From positions 957-64,956 of the forward strand of contig NZ_CANCLE010000003.1 in NCBI RefSeq assembly GCF_947378715.1: DNA of 64,000 nucleotides, given 5' to 3'. Shown piece by piece: positions 1 to 10,949 of this stretch. Position 1 is the first letter of the stretch, and the number at the start of each line of letters is the position of its first letter. The stretch comes from Phenylobacterium aquaticum. GTDB lineage: Bacteria; Pseudomonadota; Alphaproteobacteria; Caulobacterales; Caulobacteraceae. The translations under genes were made by a program, and so were the position numbers. Under the pieces are notes generated by a model that made no database searches, was not told the origin of the DNA, and worked only from the letters and a program-made list of their open reading frames with translations.

Positions 1-410
1 TTCAGCCGCAGCGACGCCATCAGCATGCCGGGCGTGATCTTGTCGCAGTTGGAGATGCAGACCAGGGCGTCCACGCAGTGGGCGTTGGCCATGTACTCGA
101 CGCTGTCGGCGATCAACTCGCGCGAGGGCAGGCTGTAGAGCATGCCGTCATGGCCCATGGCGATGCCGTCGTCGACCGCGATGGTGTTGAACTCCTTGGC
201 CACCCCGCCGGCCTGCTCGATCTCGCGGGCGACCAGCTGGCCCAGGTCCTTCAGGTGCACATGGCCGGGCACGAACTGGGTGAAGCTGTTGACCACGGCG
301 ATGATCGGCTTGCCGAAATCGCCGTCCTTCATGCCGGTGGCGCGCCACAGGCCGCGGGCGCCGGCCATGTTGCGACCGTGGGTGGAGGTGCGGGAACGAT
401 AGGCGGGCAT
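1..410 (-). CDS. ilvD: Dihydroxy-acid dehydratase (5' part; runs off window start)
   Basis: Own translation of the minus strand from ATG at 410: [53 protein letters not shown]...NCDKITPG. This is the typical IlvD N-terminus; absent from the ORF track because it is truncated. Confidence 0.96.
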   Translation of the reverse strand, partial: MPAYRSRTSTHGRNMAGARGLWRATGMKDGDFGKPIIAVVNSFTQFVPGHVHLKDLGQLVAREIEQAGGVAKEFNTIAVDDGIAMGHDGMLYSLPSRELIADSVEYMANAHCVDALVCISNCDKITPGMLMASLRL

Positions 411-509
411 GGCGGGATCTCGCGAAAGCTGTCGCGTCCCGATAGACCATCGCCAATTGGTGGTGAAATATATTACTCAGGGCCAATTAGGTCGTGGAAA
501 ATATCACAA

Positions 510-1418
510 ATGGACGTGCGCCAGCTCCGGCACTTCGCGGCCGTCGCCGAGACCCTGCATTTCGGCCGCGCGGCTCTCAAGCTCGGCATGACCCAGCCGC
601 CGCTCAGCCAGTCGATCCTGGCCCTGGAGGCCGAGCTGGGCGCGGCCCTGTTCGCGCGCAGCAAGCGCAGCGTGGCGCTCACCCCCTTCGGTGAACAGTG
701 GTTGATCCCGGTGCGCGCCGTGCTCAGCGATCTCGGCGACCTGCCGGGGATCGCCCGGCGGCTGCGCGATGGCGATGCGGGGCTCCTGGAGCTCTCCTTC
801 GTCTCGACCGCCGACTATTCCATCCTGCCGGCCCTGGTTCGCCGCTTCGCCGGCCTCTATCCGGCCGTCGAGTTGGCGCTCACCGAGGCGACCAGCGATG
901 TGCAGATCGAGGGCCTCGTCGAGGGCCGCGGCCATGCCGGCATCATCATCCCGCCGCCGGGCGGAACCCTGCCCGAGCCCTTGAGCTACCGCGCCCTCAT
1001 GACCGAGCCCCTGGTCGCCGCCGTGCCGGACACCTGGATCGAGGAGGGCCGCCTGCCGGCCGCCGCCGCGCCCCTGTCGCCGGCCGCCGTGATCGGCGCC
1101 CCGTTGATCATCTTTCCGCGCCGTTCTGCCCCGGCCTTCTACGACCTGGTCACCGGCTATTTCAACGCTCACGGCGGCAAGGCCCAGATCCTCCAGGAAG
1201 CCGTCCAGATGCAGACCATCATCAGCCTGGTCTCGGCCGGCATGGGCATCGCCCTGGTGCCGGCCTCCCTGCGCCACCTCGCCCGCACCGGTGTCCGCTA
1301 CCTGCCCCTGGCCGGCGAAGCCCCCACCCTGGAGACCGGCCTCGCCTGGCGCCGCAACGACGCGACCCCGACCCTGGAGCGGTTCCTCGATGTAGCGTGG
1401 GAGGTGGCTGAGGGGTGA
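510..1418 (+). CDS. ilvR: LysR-family regulator divergent from ilvD
   Basis: MDVRQLRHFAAVAETLHFGRAALKLGMTQPPLSQSI LysR HTH. Start taken at ATG 510 because the ORF-track extension overlaps ilvD. The divergent ilvD/ilvR arrangement is known in Caulobacter. Confidence 0.85.
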   Translation: MDVRQLRHFAAVAETLHFGRAALKLGMTQPPLSQSILALEAELGAALFARSKRSVALTPFGEQWLIPVRAVLSDLGDLPGIARRLRDGDAGLLELSFVSTADYSILPALVRRFAGLYPAVELALTEATSDVQIEGLVEGRGHAGIIIPPPGGTLPEPLSYRALMTEPLVAAVPDTWIEEGRLPAAAAPLSPAAVIGAPLIIFPRRSAPAFYDLVTGYFNAHGGKAQILQEAVQMQTIISLVSAGMGIALVPASLRHLARTGVRYLPLAGEAPTLETGLAWRRNDATPTLERFLDVAWEVAEG

Positions 1419-1430
1419 GGCCGAGACCGG

Positions 1431-1766
1431 TCAGGCGCCGGGAATGGGCAGGCGTTCCATCACCTCGACCCGGTCGCCTGGGAAGATCGTGAAGTGCGGA
1501 TGGCCTACGAACAGCGCCGCGGCTTCTTCATGGCTCTCGGCGGTCAGCACCACATAGCCGCCCACGTGATTGCGGATGTCCTCGACGCCCCGGTTCGAGA
1601 CGCTCTTGGTCCCGCCGACCGGGCCGCCCGCCTCGACGAGGCGCGCCGCGTTCGCCCCCATCCAAGCGCCCCAGGCGGCCATGCCCCGTGCCAGGTCCGC
1701 CTCGCTCATGTCCGGAGGCCCACCGCCATCAGCCGAACCCATGAACAGCGCCAGAAAAGTCTTCAT
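1431..1766 (-). CDS. YciI/DGPF-like small protein
   Basis: MKTFLALFMG...WGAWM...GGPVG...VGGYVVLTAESHEEAA...HPH...VEV; GGAGG RBS upstream of ATG 1766. Confidence 0.75.
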   Translation of the reverse strand: MKTFLALFMGSADGGGPPDMSEADLARGMAAWGAWMGANAARLVEAGGPVGGTKSVSNRGVEDIRNHVGGYVVLTAESHEEAAALFVGHPHFTIFPGDRVEVMERLPIPGA

Positions 1767-1938
1767 GTCCGCATCCTCCATCCGTCGGCCGCGTGGCCGA
1801 CGCCCCAAGAACGCACAGGATACCGCCGATCCGACAAGCCAGAGCGAAATCGCTCACGGCCGACCCTGAGCCCGCCGCGTTTCTCAGTTCATCCGTGCGC
1901 AAGTCGGGGGCCGCGACGCCGTGCGCCCCAAATGGAAA

Positions 1939-1965
1939 CGGCCGCTTCCGGTGAGGAAGCGGCCG
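1939..1965 (-). terminator. Intrinsic terminator downstream of tRNA-Ala
   Basis: 11-bp stem CGGCCGCTTCC/GGAAGCGGCCG with 5-nt loop, followed by TTTCCATTT on the minus strand. Confidence 0.75.
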
Positions 1966-1968
1966 CTA

Positions 1969-2044
1969 TGGTGGAGCTAAGCGGAGTCGAACCGCTGACC
2001 TCTTGAATGCCATTCAAGCGCTCTACCAACTGAGCTATAGCCCC
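1969..2044 (-). tRNA. tRNA-Ala(GGC)
   Basis: Minus strand GGGGCTATAGCTCAGTTGGTAGAGCGCTTGAATGGCATTCAAGAGGTCAGCGGTTCGACTCCGCTTAGCTCCACCA: 76 nt, G3-U70 pair, anticodon GGC, encoded CCA. Confidence 0.98.
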
Positions 2045-2091
2045 GAAGTCTCGGGCCTTCAGGCCGTGGGCGAAAACCCCGTCCCCGAAGA

Positions 2092-2127
2092 GGCGCGGAA
2101 CCTAGTCCGACAGTTTGCCGCGATCAA
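2092..2127 (-). promoter_or_regulatory. Sigma70-type promoter for tRNA-Ala
   Basis: Minus strand TTGATC-N17-TAGGTT followed by GC-rich discriminator CCGCGCC. Confidence 0.55.
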
Positions 2128-2183
2128 CCCCGCCCGGAGGAATTTTTCGGGCGGGATCGTCGCAGGCGTTTCAGAGCCGGAGC

Positions 2184-2654
2184 CTAGCGATCGTCGTCGT
2201 CGCCTTCGCCGGGCAGGCCGTCGATCTCGGTGTCGTCGAAATCGTCTTCCTCGTCTTCCAGGAAGGGCACATCGGCGTCGTCTTCTTCCAGGTCTTCCTC
2301 GTCTTCCTGGAAGCCGGCCAGCTCGTCTTCCGGCGCGACGACGGGTTCGCCGTCCTCGTCGTCGTCGACGGCGATGATCGGCTCATCGACGGCCTCGTCG
2401 ATGGCGGGGGTGACGACCTCGTCCTCTTCCTCGTCCTCCGCCTCAGGCTTGGCCCGGACTTGATCTTCGCGCTCGTCGTCGAGCTCGTGGTCGGTCGGGG
2501 TCACACGGGCCCGCACGCGGCGGCTACGGACAGCCTCGTCGGGGTCGAATTCGTTGGCGCATTTCGGACAGACAGCAGGACGACGAGTGAGGTCGTAGAA
2601 CTTCGCCTGGCAGTTGGGGCAGATTTGCTTTGCGCCCAGTTCAGGATTGGCCAA
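2184..2654 (-). CDS. TIGR02300/FYDLN-acid family protein
   Basis: TTG start, (M)[31 protein letters not shown]n ribbon plus long acidic tail; usual position between tRNA-Ala and aroA. Confidence 0.9.
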   Translation of the reverse strand: MANPELGAKQICPNCQAKFYDLTRRPAVCPKCANEFDPDEAVRSRRVRARVTPTDHELDDEREDQVRAKPEAEDEEEDEVVTPAIDEAVDEPIIAVDDDEDGEPVVAPEDELAGFQEDEEDLEEDDADVPFLEDEEDDFDDTEIDGLPGEGDDDDR

Positions 2655-2763
2655 GTGGAGGGCCTCTAAGCAGGGGTTCAAATTGAAGCCGGCTCACTTG
2701 CCACGCGAAGTCGCCGCTGTCAAAAGCAAACCCCCTCGGCAAAACAACAGGCTTGGTATTCCC

Positions 2764-4095
2764 ATGACGTCAGCTGGACTGACCGCGCACCGCGGCGGCC
2801 CGCTGCGGGGTCGCGTGCGCGCCCCTGGCGACAAATCCATTTCCCACCGGGCGTTGATTTTCGGGGCGCTGGCGAGCGGCGTGACCGAGGTTGAGGGGCT
2901 GCTGGAAGGCGAGGACGTCAAGCGCTCGGCCCAGGCCATGGCGGCCTTTGGCGCCGGCGTCGAGCGGCTGGGCGAGGGCCATTGGCGGGTTGTCGGCCAG
3001 GGCGGGTTCGCCGAGCCGGCCGACGTGATCGACTGCGGCAACGCCGGCACCGGGGTGCGGCTGATCATGGGGGCGGCGGCCGGCTTTGATCTCGCGGCCA
3101 CCTTCACCGGCGACGCCTCCCTGCGCGGCCGGCCGATGAACCGGGTGATGAAACCCCTGGCGGAGATGGGCGCGGTGTTCCTCGGCCGCTCCGGCGGTCG
3201 CCTGCCGCTGACCCTGAAGGGCGGCGGCCTGAAACGCATTTCCTATCGCCTGCCTGAGCCCTCGGCCCAGGTGAAGTCGGCGGTGCTGCTGGCCGGCCTG
3301 CACGCCGACGGCGGGGCCCTGGTCCTCGAACCCGAAGCCACCCGTGACCATACGGAGCGCATGTTGCGAGGCTTCGGGGCGGTCGTCCATGTTGAGGTCA
3401 AGGACGGCGTCCGACACATCGACCTGCCGGGCGGCCAGTCCCTGACCGGAGCCCATGTGCGGGTCCCGGGCGATCCGTCCTCGGCGGCCTTCCCCCTGGT
3501 GGCGGCCCTGATCACCCCGGGCTCGGAGGTGACGGTGGAGGGGGTGCTGCTGAACCCGCTGCGGACCGGCCTGTTCACGACCCTGATCGAGATGGGCGCG
3601 GACCTGGTGATCTCCAACGTCCGGGTCGAGAGCGGCGAGGAGGTCGGGGATATCACCGCGCGCTATTCCGAATTGAGCGGCGTCGAGGTGCCGGCCGAGC
3701 GGGCGCCCTCGATGATCGACGAATATCCGATCCTGGCGGTGGCGGCGGCCTTCGCCCGGGGCGCGACCCACATGCGCGGCATCGGCGAGATGCGGGTCAA
3801 GGAAAGCGACCGGATCGCCCTGATGGCCACGGGCCTGGCCGCCTGCGGCATCGGGGTCGAGGAAGAGCCCGAGGGCCTGATCGTGGTCGGCGCAGCGCAA
3901 GCCAATCATCCGGCCCGGGGCGGGGCGCGGGTGGTGACCCGGGGCGACCACCGGATCGCCATGTCCCACCTGGTCATGGGCCTGGCCTCCGACCAGCCGG
4001 TCAGCGTCGATGAGCCGGGCATGATCGCCACCTCGTTCCCCGGCTTCGTCGAGATGATGCGCGGGCTGGGCGCCGAACTGGGGGAGAGCGCGTGA
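2764..4095 (+). CDS. aroA: 3-phosphoshikimate 1-carboxyvinyltransferase (EPSP synthase)
   Basis: [44 protein letters not shown] motifs. Confidence 0.97.
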   Translation: MTSAGLTAHRGGPLRGRVRAPGDKSISHRALIFGALASGVTEVEGLLEGEDVKRSAQAMAAFGAGVERLGEGHWRVVGQGGFAEPADVIDCGNAGTGVRLIMGAAAGFDLAATFTGDASLRGRPMNRVMKPLAEMGAVFLGRSGGRLPLTLKGGGLKRISYRLPEPSAQVKSAVLLAGLHADGGALVLEPEATRDHTERMLRGFGAVVHVEVKDGVRHIDLPGGQSLTGAHVRVPGDPSSAAFPLVAALITPGSEVTVEGVLLNPLRTGLFTTLIEMGADLVISNVRVESGEEVGDITARYSELSGVEVPAERAPSMIDEYPILAVAAAFARGATHMRGIGEMRVKESDRIALMATGLAACGIGVEEEPEGLIVVGAAQANHPARGGARVVTRGDHRIAMSHLVMGLASDQPVSVDEPGMIATSFPGFVEMMRGLGAELGESA

Positions 4096-4742
4096 GCGGC
4101 TTCGTAATCTGCGTCGACGGCCCGGCCGCCTCCGGCAAGGGCACGATCGCCAACCGGCTCGGCGCGCTCTACGGCCTGCCCGTGCTGGATTCCGGCCTGC
4201 TCTATCGCGGGGTCGGGGTGATGATGCAAAGGGCCGGCGGGGATCTGGACGACGCCACCCAAGCCGGGGCCATGGCCCGGACCCTGACGGCTGGCATGCT
4301 GACCGATCCGGCGTTCCGCACCCGGGCGGCCGGCGAGGCCGCCAGCCGCGTCGCGGTTCACACCCCCGTGCGCATGGCCCTGCGCGACCTGCAGCTCGGC
4401 TTCGCACGCCAGCCGGGCGGGGCGGTGCTGGATGGCCGCGACATGGGCACGGTCATCTGCCCGGAAGCCCCGGCCAAGCTCTACGTCACGGCCGATCCCG
4501 AGGTCCGCGCCGAGCGTCGCTGGAAGCAGCTGGCCGGCCAGGGCGAGGCCGTCGACCTGGCCGATGTGCTGGATGATATCAGGAAGCGCGACGCCCGCGA
4601 TTCCGGCCGGGCCGACTCGCCCATGGTGGCCGCCGCCGACGCCGTCTTGCTGGACACCAGCAAAATGACTATAGAGCACGCCACCGATGCGGCCCGCCGC
4701 ATTGTCGAGGCGGCGCGCGCGCGCTGGGAGCAGTCCCGGTAA
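4092..4742 (+). CDS. cmk: Cytidylate kinase
   Basis: [11 protein letters not shown]-loop, [19 protein letters not shown] overlap with aroA stop. Confidence 0.96.
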   Translation: MSGFVICVDGPAASGKGTIANRLGALYGLPVLDSGLLYRGVGVMMQRAGGDLDDATQAGAMARTLTAGMLTDPAFRTRAAGEAASRVAVHTPVRMALRDLQLGFARQPGGAVLDGRDMGTVICPEAPAKLYVTADPEVRAERRWKQLAGQGEAVDLADVLDDIRKRDARDSGRADSPMVAAADAVLLDTSKMTIEHATDAARRIVEAARARWEQSR

Positions 4743-4897
4743 GCAAATCCACCCGCGCCTTTCCCTCGTCGCCGCGGGCAGAACTAACCGGCGCGGGCTT
4801 CCGCGCTATCGGTCGCAACCCTTAACCCGACATGGGGATTCCGTCTGGACGCCAAGCGGCGGCCGGGCCCCATGTCATTTGAAGACGAAAGACCATT

Positions 4898-6607
4898 ATG
4901 GCTGACGATATGGGCCTCAACCCCTCGCGCGACGATTTCGCCGCGCTGCTCGACCAATCCATGGGCGGGCGCGATTTCATGGAAGGCTCGGTCGTTCAAG
5001 GCCAGGTCGTGGGAATCGAGAAAGACTTCGCGATCATCGACGTCGGTCTGAAGACCGAAGGCCGGATCTCGCTGAAGGAATTCGGCCTCGGCGACGACGG
5101 CAAGAGCCCGATCAAGATCGGCGACACCGTCGAAGTGTTCCTCGAGCGTGTCGAGAACGCCATGGGCGAAGCGGTCATCAGCCGCGACAAGGCCCGCCGC
5201 GAGGAAGCCTGGACCCGTCTCGAAGGCGTCTATGAGCGCAACGAACCGGTCATGGGTTCGATCGTGGGCCGCGTGAAGGGTGGCTTCACCGTCGACCTCG
5301 GCGGCGCCTCGGCCTTCCTGCCGGGCAGCCAGGTCGACATCCGCCCCGTGCGCGACGTCGGCCCGCTGATGGGCCGCGAGCAGCCGTTCGCGATCCTCAA
5401 GATGGACCGCCCGCGCGGCAATATCGTGGTCTCGCGCCGTGCGATCCTGGAAGAAGCCCGCGCCGAACAGCGCACCGAGCTGGTCTCCCAGCTGCAGGAA
5501 GGCGAAATCCGCGAAGGCGTCGTCAAGAACATCACCGACTACGGCGCGTTCGTGGACCTGGGCGGCATCGACGGCCTGCTGCACGTCACCGACATGAGCT
5601 GGAAGCGCGTCAACCACCCGAGCCAGGTGCTCGCGGTCGGCGACACGGTGAAGGTCCAGATCGTCAAGATCAACCCGGACACCCAACGCATCTCGCTTGG
5701 CATGAAGCAGCTGCAGTCCGACCCGTGGGACGGCGTGGAAGCCAAGTATCCGGTGGGCGCGAAGTTCACCGGCCGGATCACCAACATCACCGACTACGGC
5801 GCCTTCGTGGAGCTGGAAGCCGGTGTCGAAGGCCTGGTCCACGTCTCGGAAATGTCCTGGACCAAGAAGAACGTCCACCCCGGCAAGATCGTCTCGACCT
5901 CGCAGGAAGTCGACGTGGTCGTGCTGGACGTCGATCCGTCAAAGCGTCGCGTCTCGCTTGGCCTGAAGCAGGCCATGGACAACCCCTGGGACGCGTTCGT
6001 CGCCTCTCACCCGATCGGCTCGACCGTCGAGGGCGAAGTCAAGAACGCCACCGAATTCGGTCTGTTCATCGGTCTGGAGAACGACATCGACGGCATGGTC
6101 CACCTGTCCGATCTGGACTGGGCGGTCTCCGGCGAAGAAGCCATCGCCCGCTATCACAAGGGTGAGATGGTCAAGGCCCGCGTCCTCGACGTCGATATCG
6201 AAAAGGAACGCATCAGCCTCGGCATCAAGCAACTGGCCGGCGATCCGATGGCCGGCGACGGCTTCCGCAAGGGCCAGACCGTCACCGTCACGATCACCGA
6301 GGTCACCTCGGGCGGCGTGGAAGTGCGGTTCGGCGAGGACGATGCTCCGATGACCGCCTTCGTGCGCAAGTCGGACCTGTCGCGTGACCGCGCCGATCAA
6401 CGCCCCGAGCGCTACGCCGTGGGTGACCGCGTCGACGCTCAGGTCACCAATGTCGACAAGGCCGCCCGTCGCGTCTCCGTCTCCATCAAGGCCCTGGAAA
6501 TGGCCGAGGAGAAGGAAGCCATCGAGCAGTTCGGCTCCTCGGACTCCGGCGCTTCGCTGGGCGACATCCTGGGCGCGGCTCTGCGCGAGAAGGCCCAAAA
6601 GGAGTAG
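4898..6607 (+). CDS. rpsA: 30S ribosomal protein S1
   Basis: Six S1 repeats ([20 protein letters not shown] etc.); cmk-rpsA-ihfB synteny. Confidence 0.98.
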   Translation: MADDMGLNPSRDDFAALLDQSMGGRDFMEGSVVQGQVVGIEKDFAIIDVGLKTEGRISLKEFGLGDDGKSPIKIGDTVEVFLERVENAMGEAVISRDKARREEAWTRLEGVYERNEPVMGSIVGRVKGGFTVDLGGASAFLPGSQVDIRPVRDVGPLMGREQPFAILKMDRPRGNIVVSRRAILEEARAEQRTELVSQLQEGEIREGVVKNITDYGAFVDLGGIDGLLHVTDMSWKRVNHPSQVLAVGDTVKVQIVKINPDTQRISLGMKQLQSDPWDGVEAKYPVGAKFTGRITNITDYGAFVELEAGVEGLVHVSEMSWTKKNVHPGKIVSTSQEVDVVVLDVDPSKRRVSLGLKQAMDNPWDAFVASHPIGSTVEGEVKNATEFGLFIGLENDIDGMVHLSDLDWAVSGEEAIARYHKGEMVKARVLDVDIEKERISLGIKQLAGDPMAGDGFRKGQTVTVTITEVTSGGVEVRFGEDDAPMTAFVRKSDLSRDRADQRPERYAVGDRVDAQVTNVDKAARRVSVSIKALEMAEEKEAIEQFGSSDSGASLGDILGAALREKAQKE

Positions 6608-6634
6608 GCGTCAGCCTGCAATTGGAAGTTGGTG

Positions 6635-6674
6635 GAGCCCCGTCCGGCATGTCCGGGCGGGGCTTCGTCGTTTT
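6635..6674 (+). terminator. Intrinsic terminator after rpsA
   Basis: Stem GAGCCCCGTCCGG/CCGGGCGGGGCTT, then CGTCGTTTT. Confidence 0.6.
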
Positions 6675-6800
6675 CGGGCGCCGGGTTTGGCGGCGCCCAG
6701 CCCCAGCTTGGGATAGTGAATTGCCGAAGAACCCTTTTCCCGCCTTGAACATCCCAAAGGACTCGACCATGTTCCGACCGCCGCAAGACCGGAACAGGGT

Positions 6801-7085
6801 ATGATCAAGTCGGAACTCATCGCCAAACTCGCCGAAGAGAATCCGCATCTCACCCAGCGCGACATAGAGCGCGTGGTGGGGGTGATCCTAGAGCGCATGA
6901 TCCTGGCCCTCGAAGAGGGTGGTCGGGTTGAGCTGCGGGGCTTCGGAGCCCTGTCGGTCCGCTCAAGGGACGCCCGCGCCGGCCGCAATCCCCGCACCGG
7001 CGAGGCCGTCGATGTCCGCGCCAAGCACGTGCCGTTCTTCAAGAGCGGCAAGGAATTGCGCGAGCGCCTGAACGCCGACGAATAG
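6801..7085 (+). CDS. ihfB: Integration host factor beta subunit
   Basis: MIKSELI...GRVELRGFG...[10 protein letters not shown]...[14 protein letters not shown]. Confidence 0.96.
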   Translation: MIKSELIAKLAEENPHLTQRDIERVVGVILERMILALEEGGRVELRGFGALSVRSRDARAGRNPRTGEAVDVRAKHVPFFKSGKELRERLNADE

Positions 7086-7170
7086 TCGGCCTCGCCCAAT
7101 CTGGACGGCCCAGGATTGACCACCGGCCCCGGATCGGGGGAATCGGGGGTCTGCACCTCAGGAGGCCGCC

Positions 7171-7590
7171 ATGGGCATTTTCAGCGAATTTCGGGAATTC
7201 ATCGCCCGCGGCAGCGTCATCGACCTGGCGGTCGGGGTTATTGTCGGTGCGGCTTTCAGCAACATCACCAAGAGCCTGGTCGAGCAGGTGATCATGCCGC
7301 CGGTCGGACTGATCACCGCCGGTGTCAATTTCGCCGATATGAAACTGGTGCTGCGGCCCGACAATCCCCTGACCAAGGTCGACGAGCTGGTCGCCATTCA
7401 GTACGGCGCCTTCATCAACACCGTGATCCAGGCCCTGATCGTCGCCTGGGTGGTGTTCCTGATGGTCAAGGCCGTCAACGCCATGCGCCGCAATGAGGAC
7501 GCCAAGCCGGAGGTCGAGCAGCAGCCGAGCCATACCGAGGCTCTGCTGATGGAAATCCGCGATCTCCTGAAGGCCCCCGCCGCCAAATAG
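7171..7590 (+). CDS. mscL: Large-conductance mechanosensitive channel
   Basis: EFREFIARGSVIDLAVGVIVGAAF, YGAFI, LLMEIRDLL; AGGAGG RBS. Confidence 0.96.
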   Translation: MGIFSEFREFIARGSVIDLAVGVIVGAAFSNITKSLVEQVIMPPVGLITAGVNFADMKLVLRPDNPLTKVDELVAIQYGAFINTVIQALIVAWVVFLMVKAVNAMRRNEDAKPEVEQQPSHTEALLMEIRDLLKAPAAK

Positions 7591-7600
7591 GCCAGACGGT

Positions 7601-8119
7601 TCAGTCGGCCTGGAAGGTCCAGATCGGTCCGGTCCAGTGCTCGCCGTCGCCCTCCAGCCGTTCCAGGCCCGAGACATTGGCCGCTCCGGCGATCGCGCGA
7701 GGCCAGAAGGCCTTGGCCGCCAAGTTGCGCTCGGCCACCGCCACCTCCCAGCGCCCAGGGTGGAGGGCCAGGATCTGACGCACGGCCTCGGCGCCCCGTC
7801 CGCCGCGCCGGTGTTTCCGGGCGATGAAGAACTCCCCCATGTTCCGCTCCACATGCCCGCCGCGATGAGACTGGGTGTTGAGGAGTGCGAAACCGATCGG
7901 CCGCTCATCGGCCAGGATCAACAGGGCGGCGCGGTCCGGGGCCGTGAAATAGTCTTCCAGATGCGGCAAGTCGCCGAGGCCGCCGTGCGGGTCGAACTCG
8001 AACCGGTCCGATTCCGCCGGCTCCAGTTCGGAAAAGTCGTAGATGTAGAAATTCGCCAGGCCCGCGATCAGCGGCCTCTCCGCCGCGCTGGCCGGGCGCA
8101 CCCGCGTTTCAAGCTCCAT
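7601..8119 (-). CDS. GNAT-family N-acetyltransferase
   Basis: FYIYDFSE...IGFALL...MGEFFIARKHRRGGRG (acetyl-CoA motif A)...N.AAKAFW. Confidence 0.8.
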   Translation of the reverse strand: MELETRVRPASAAERPLIAGLANFYIYDFSELEPAESDRFEFDPHGGLGDLPHLEDYFTAPDRAALLILADERPIGFALLNTQSHRGGHVERNMGEFFIARKHRRGGRGAEAVRQILALHPGRWEVAVAERNLAAKAFWPRAIAGAANVSGLERLEGDGEHWTGPIWTFQAD

Positions 8120-8202
8120 CCGCCCGCGCTCCCCCGTGCTCGGGACGGCGATATCACGCCCAGGCTCTTGCGTCGCCGGGCCCAAGTCCCCTAATCCGCC
8201 GC

Positions 8203-8847
8203 ATGACCGTCGCGGCCAAGATCTGTGGAATGAAGACCCCCGAGGCCGTGCGCGCGGCCGTCGACGGGAAGGCGAGCCATATCGGTTTCATCTTCTTTCC
8301 CAAGAGCCCGCGGAACATCGCCCCCGACGCTGCGGCGCGCCTGACGCCGCCCGCCCGGGCGAAGAACGTCAAGATCGTCGCGGTCACCGTCGATCCGGAC
8401 GACGAACTCCTGGACCGGCTGGCCAGCATCCTGGCGCCCGACCTCATCCAGTTGCACGGCAGCGAGACCCCGGCTCGGGCCCGCGACGTAGGCCGGCGGA
8501 CGGGCGCCGGCGTCATCAAGGTGCTGCCGATCACCACCGCCCACGATCTCTCGGCCGCCAAGGCCTATGAGGCGGCGACCGACCACCTGATGTTCGAAGC
8601 CAAGGCGCCGGCGGATTCGGAGCTGCCGGGCGGCAACGGCGCCCGCTTCGACTGGAGCCTGATGATGGGCCACCGCTTCCAGCGGCCCTGGTTGCTGGCC
8701 GGCGGTCTGGATCCCTGGAATGTCGTCGACGCCGTGCGGCTGTCCGGCGCGCCCATGGTGGACGTTTCCTCTGGCGTGGAGCGCGGTCCCGGCTTAAAGG
8801 ACCCGGCCTTGATCACGGCGTTCCTTGAAGCCGTCCGCCGCGCCTGA
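8203..8847 (+). CDS. trpF: Phosphoribosylanthranilate isomerase
   Basis: KICG, SPR, IQLHGSE, GGNG..FDW, LAGGL, VDVSSGVE. Confidence 0.96.
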   Translation: MTVAAKICGMKTPEAVRAAVDGKASHIGFIFFPKSPRNIAPDAAARLTPPARAKNVKIVAVTVDPDDELLDRLASILAPDLIQLHGSETPARARDVGRRTGAGVIKVLPITTAHDLSAAKAYEAATDHLMFEAKAPADSELPGGNGARFDWSLMMGHRFQRPWLLAGGLDPWNVVDAVRLSGAPMVDVSSGVERGPGLKDPALITAFLEAVRRA

Positions 8848-8889
8848 CCGTATTGCCTGAGCCCCGATCCAGAGCCGAGTGATAGTGCC

Positions 8890-10113
8890 GTGAACGCGCC
8901 CAGTCCCGCCCCCAACGACTATTCAGCCTATCCGGACGCCCAGGGCCGGTTTGGCGACTATGGCGGCCGCTATGTGCCCGAGACCCTGATGCCGCTGGTC
9001 CATGAGCTGGATGCGGCCTATCGGGCGGCCAAGGCCGATCCCGCCTTCCAGGCCGAGCTGTCGAGCTTCCTGACCCACTATGTCGGCCGCCCCAGCCCGC
9101 TCTATTTCGCCGAGCGCCTGACCCAGCACTATGGCGGCGCGAAGATCTATCTGAAGCGCGAGGAGCTGAATCACACCGGCTCCCACAAGATCAACAACTG
9201 CATGGGCCAGATCCTGCTGGCGCGGCGCATGGGCAAGACCCGGATCATCGCCGAGACCGGCGCCGGCCAGCATGGGGTGGCCTCGGCCACGGTCTGCGCC
9301 CGCTTCGGCCTGCCCTGCGTGGTCTATATGGGCGCCGTCGATGTCGAGCGGCAGAAGCCCAATGTGTTCCGCATGAACCTGCTGGGCGCCCAGGTCGAGG
9401 CGGTGACCTCCGGCTCGGCGACGCTCAAGGACGCCATGAACGAGGCCCTGCGCGACTGGGTCACCAACGTCCACGACACCTATTACATGATCGGCACCGC
9501 GGCCGGCATGCATCCGTATCCGGAGATGGTCCGCGACTTCCAGTCGGTGATCGGCCAGGAGGTGCGCGAGCAGATGATGGCCGCCGAGGGCCGCCTGCCC
9601 GACGCGGTGGTCGCCTGCGTGGGCGGCGGCTCCAACGCCATCGGCATTTTCCATCCGTTCCTGAATGACGAGGGCGTCCGCCTCTATGGCGTCGAGGCGG
9701 CCGGCGAGGGCATGGACAGCGGCCGTCACGCGGCCGCGATCAATGGCGGCCGCCCCGGTGTCCTGCATGGAAACATGACCTATCTACTGCAGGATCCCGA
9801 GGGCCAGATCACCGAGGCCCATTCGATCTCGGCCGGCCTCGACTATCCGGGCATCGGGCCCGAGCACTCCTGGCTGCACGATGTCGGCCGGGCGACCTAT
9901 CTGACCGCCACCGACCAGGATTCCCTGGAGGCGTTCACGCTTCTGGCCCAGCTTGAGGGCATACTGCCGGCGATCGAGTCCGCCCACGCCCTGGCCCGCC
10001 TGCCGGAGGTGGTGAAGGACGTCGGCAAGGACGGTATCGTGGTGCTGAATCTCTCCGGCCGGGGCGACAAGGACGTCGCCACCGTGGCCGCCCATCTCGG
10101 ACGGACGATTTGA
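8890..10113 (+). CDS. trpB: Tryptophan synthase beta chain
   Basis: HTGSHKINN (PLP lysine), [22 protein letters not shown]. Confidence 0.98.
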   Translation: MNAPSPAPNDYSAYPDAQGRFGDYGGRYVPETLMPLVHELDAAYRAAKADPAFQAELSSFLTHYVGRPSPLYFAERLTQHYGGAKIYLKREELNHTGSHKINNCMGQILLARRMGKTRIIAETGAGQHGVASATVCARFGLPCVVYMGAVDVERQKPNVFRMNLLGAQVEAVTSGSATLKDAMNEALRDWVTNVHDTYYMIGTAAGMHPYPEMVRDFQSVIGQEVREQMMAAEGRLPDAVVACVGGGSNAIGIFHPFLNDEGVRLYGVEAAGEGMDSGRHAAAINGGRPGVLHGNMTYLLQDPEGQITEAHSISAGLDYPGIGPEHSWLHDVGRATYLTATDQDSLEAFTLLAQLEGILPAIESAHALARLPEVVKDVGKDGIVVLNLSGRGDKDVATVAAHLGRTI

Positions 10114-10943
10114 CCAAGACTCGTATCGACGCGCGGTTCGCGGCGCTCAAGGCTGAGGGCCGTGCGGCCTTCGTGGCCTATGTCATGGCCGGCGACCCGG
10201 ACTATGCGACCGGTCTGGAGATTCTCAAGGGTCTGCCGGGCGCGGGCGCCGACCTGATCGAGGTGGGGTTCCCCTTCTCCGACCCCATGGCCGAGGGGCC
10301 GCCGATCCAGCGCGCCGCGCTTCGGGCCCTCAACAAGGGCATGACGCTCTCCAAGACCCTGCAGATGATCGCCGCGTTCCGGCAGGTGGATCAGACCACC
10401 CCGATCGTCCTGATGGGTTACGCCAATCCGTTGATCAACCGGGGCTTCGAGACCTTCGCCCGCGATGCAGCGGCGGCCGGCGCCGACGGGCTGATCGTGG
10501 TCGACATCCCGCCGGAGGAGGCCGATCCCCTGGCCGACGCGCTGGACGCCGAACAGCTGTCCCTGCTGCTGCTTTCGACGCCCACCAGTGACGACGCGCG
10601 GCTGAAGATCATCCTGAAGCGGACCTCGGGCTTCGCCTACTATGTCTCGGTGGCCGGGGTCACCGGGGTGAAGGAAGCCGACGCCGCGACCGTGGCGCCC
10701 CACGTCGAACGGGTCCGGGCGGCCGGCGGCCTGCCGGTCTGCGTCGGCTTCGGAATCAAGACGCCTGAGCGCGCCGCGGCGGTCGCCCGGGTCGCCGATG
10801 GCGTGGTGGTCGGCTCGGCCCTGGTGGATGAAGTCGCCGAAGCTCTGGCGGTCAACGAAAGCGTGACCGCCCGGGTGCTTTCCAAAGTCAATTCCTTGGC
10901 TAAGGCTGTGCGTTCCGCGCGAGTCGAAAGCCTCACGGTGTAA
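10110..10943 (+). CDS. trpA: Tryptophan synthase alpha chain
   Basis: [39 protein letters not shown] start overlapping trpB stop. Confidence 0.97.
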   Translation: MTKTRIDARFAALKAEGRAAFVAYVMAGDPDYATGLEILKGLPGAGADLIEVGFPFSDPMAEGPPIQRAALRALNKGMTLSKTLQMIAAFRQVDQTTPIVLMGYANPLINRGFETFARDAAAAGADGLIVVDIPPEEADPLADALDAEQLSLLLLSTPTSDDARLKIILKRTSGFAYYVSVAGVTGVKEADAATVAPHVERVRAAGGLPVCVGFGIKTPERAAAVARVADGVVVGSALVDEVAEALAVNESVTARVLSKVNSLAKAVRSARVESLTV

Positions 10944-10949
10944 GACCCC

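Noticed and set aside
78..509. N-terminal extension of the 446-aa LysR ORF
   Set aside because: It is the antisense of ilvD; the HTH begins at ATG 510.
1431..2044. tRNA-Ala as an integration site for an island
   Set aside because: No integrase and no duplicated tRNA 3' end seen; the terminator is intact.
2184..2480. TCGTC/TCTTC low-complexity repeats
   Set aside because: They encode the Asp/Glu-rich tail of the FYDLN protein; not a DNA repeat element.
6770..6796. TGTTCCG-N13-CGGAACA inverted repeat before ihfB
   Set aside because: Single short occurrence, not a LexA direct repeat; could be chance or a weak mRNA hairpin.
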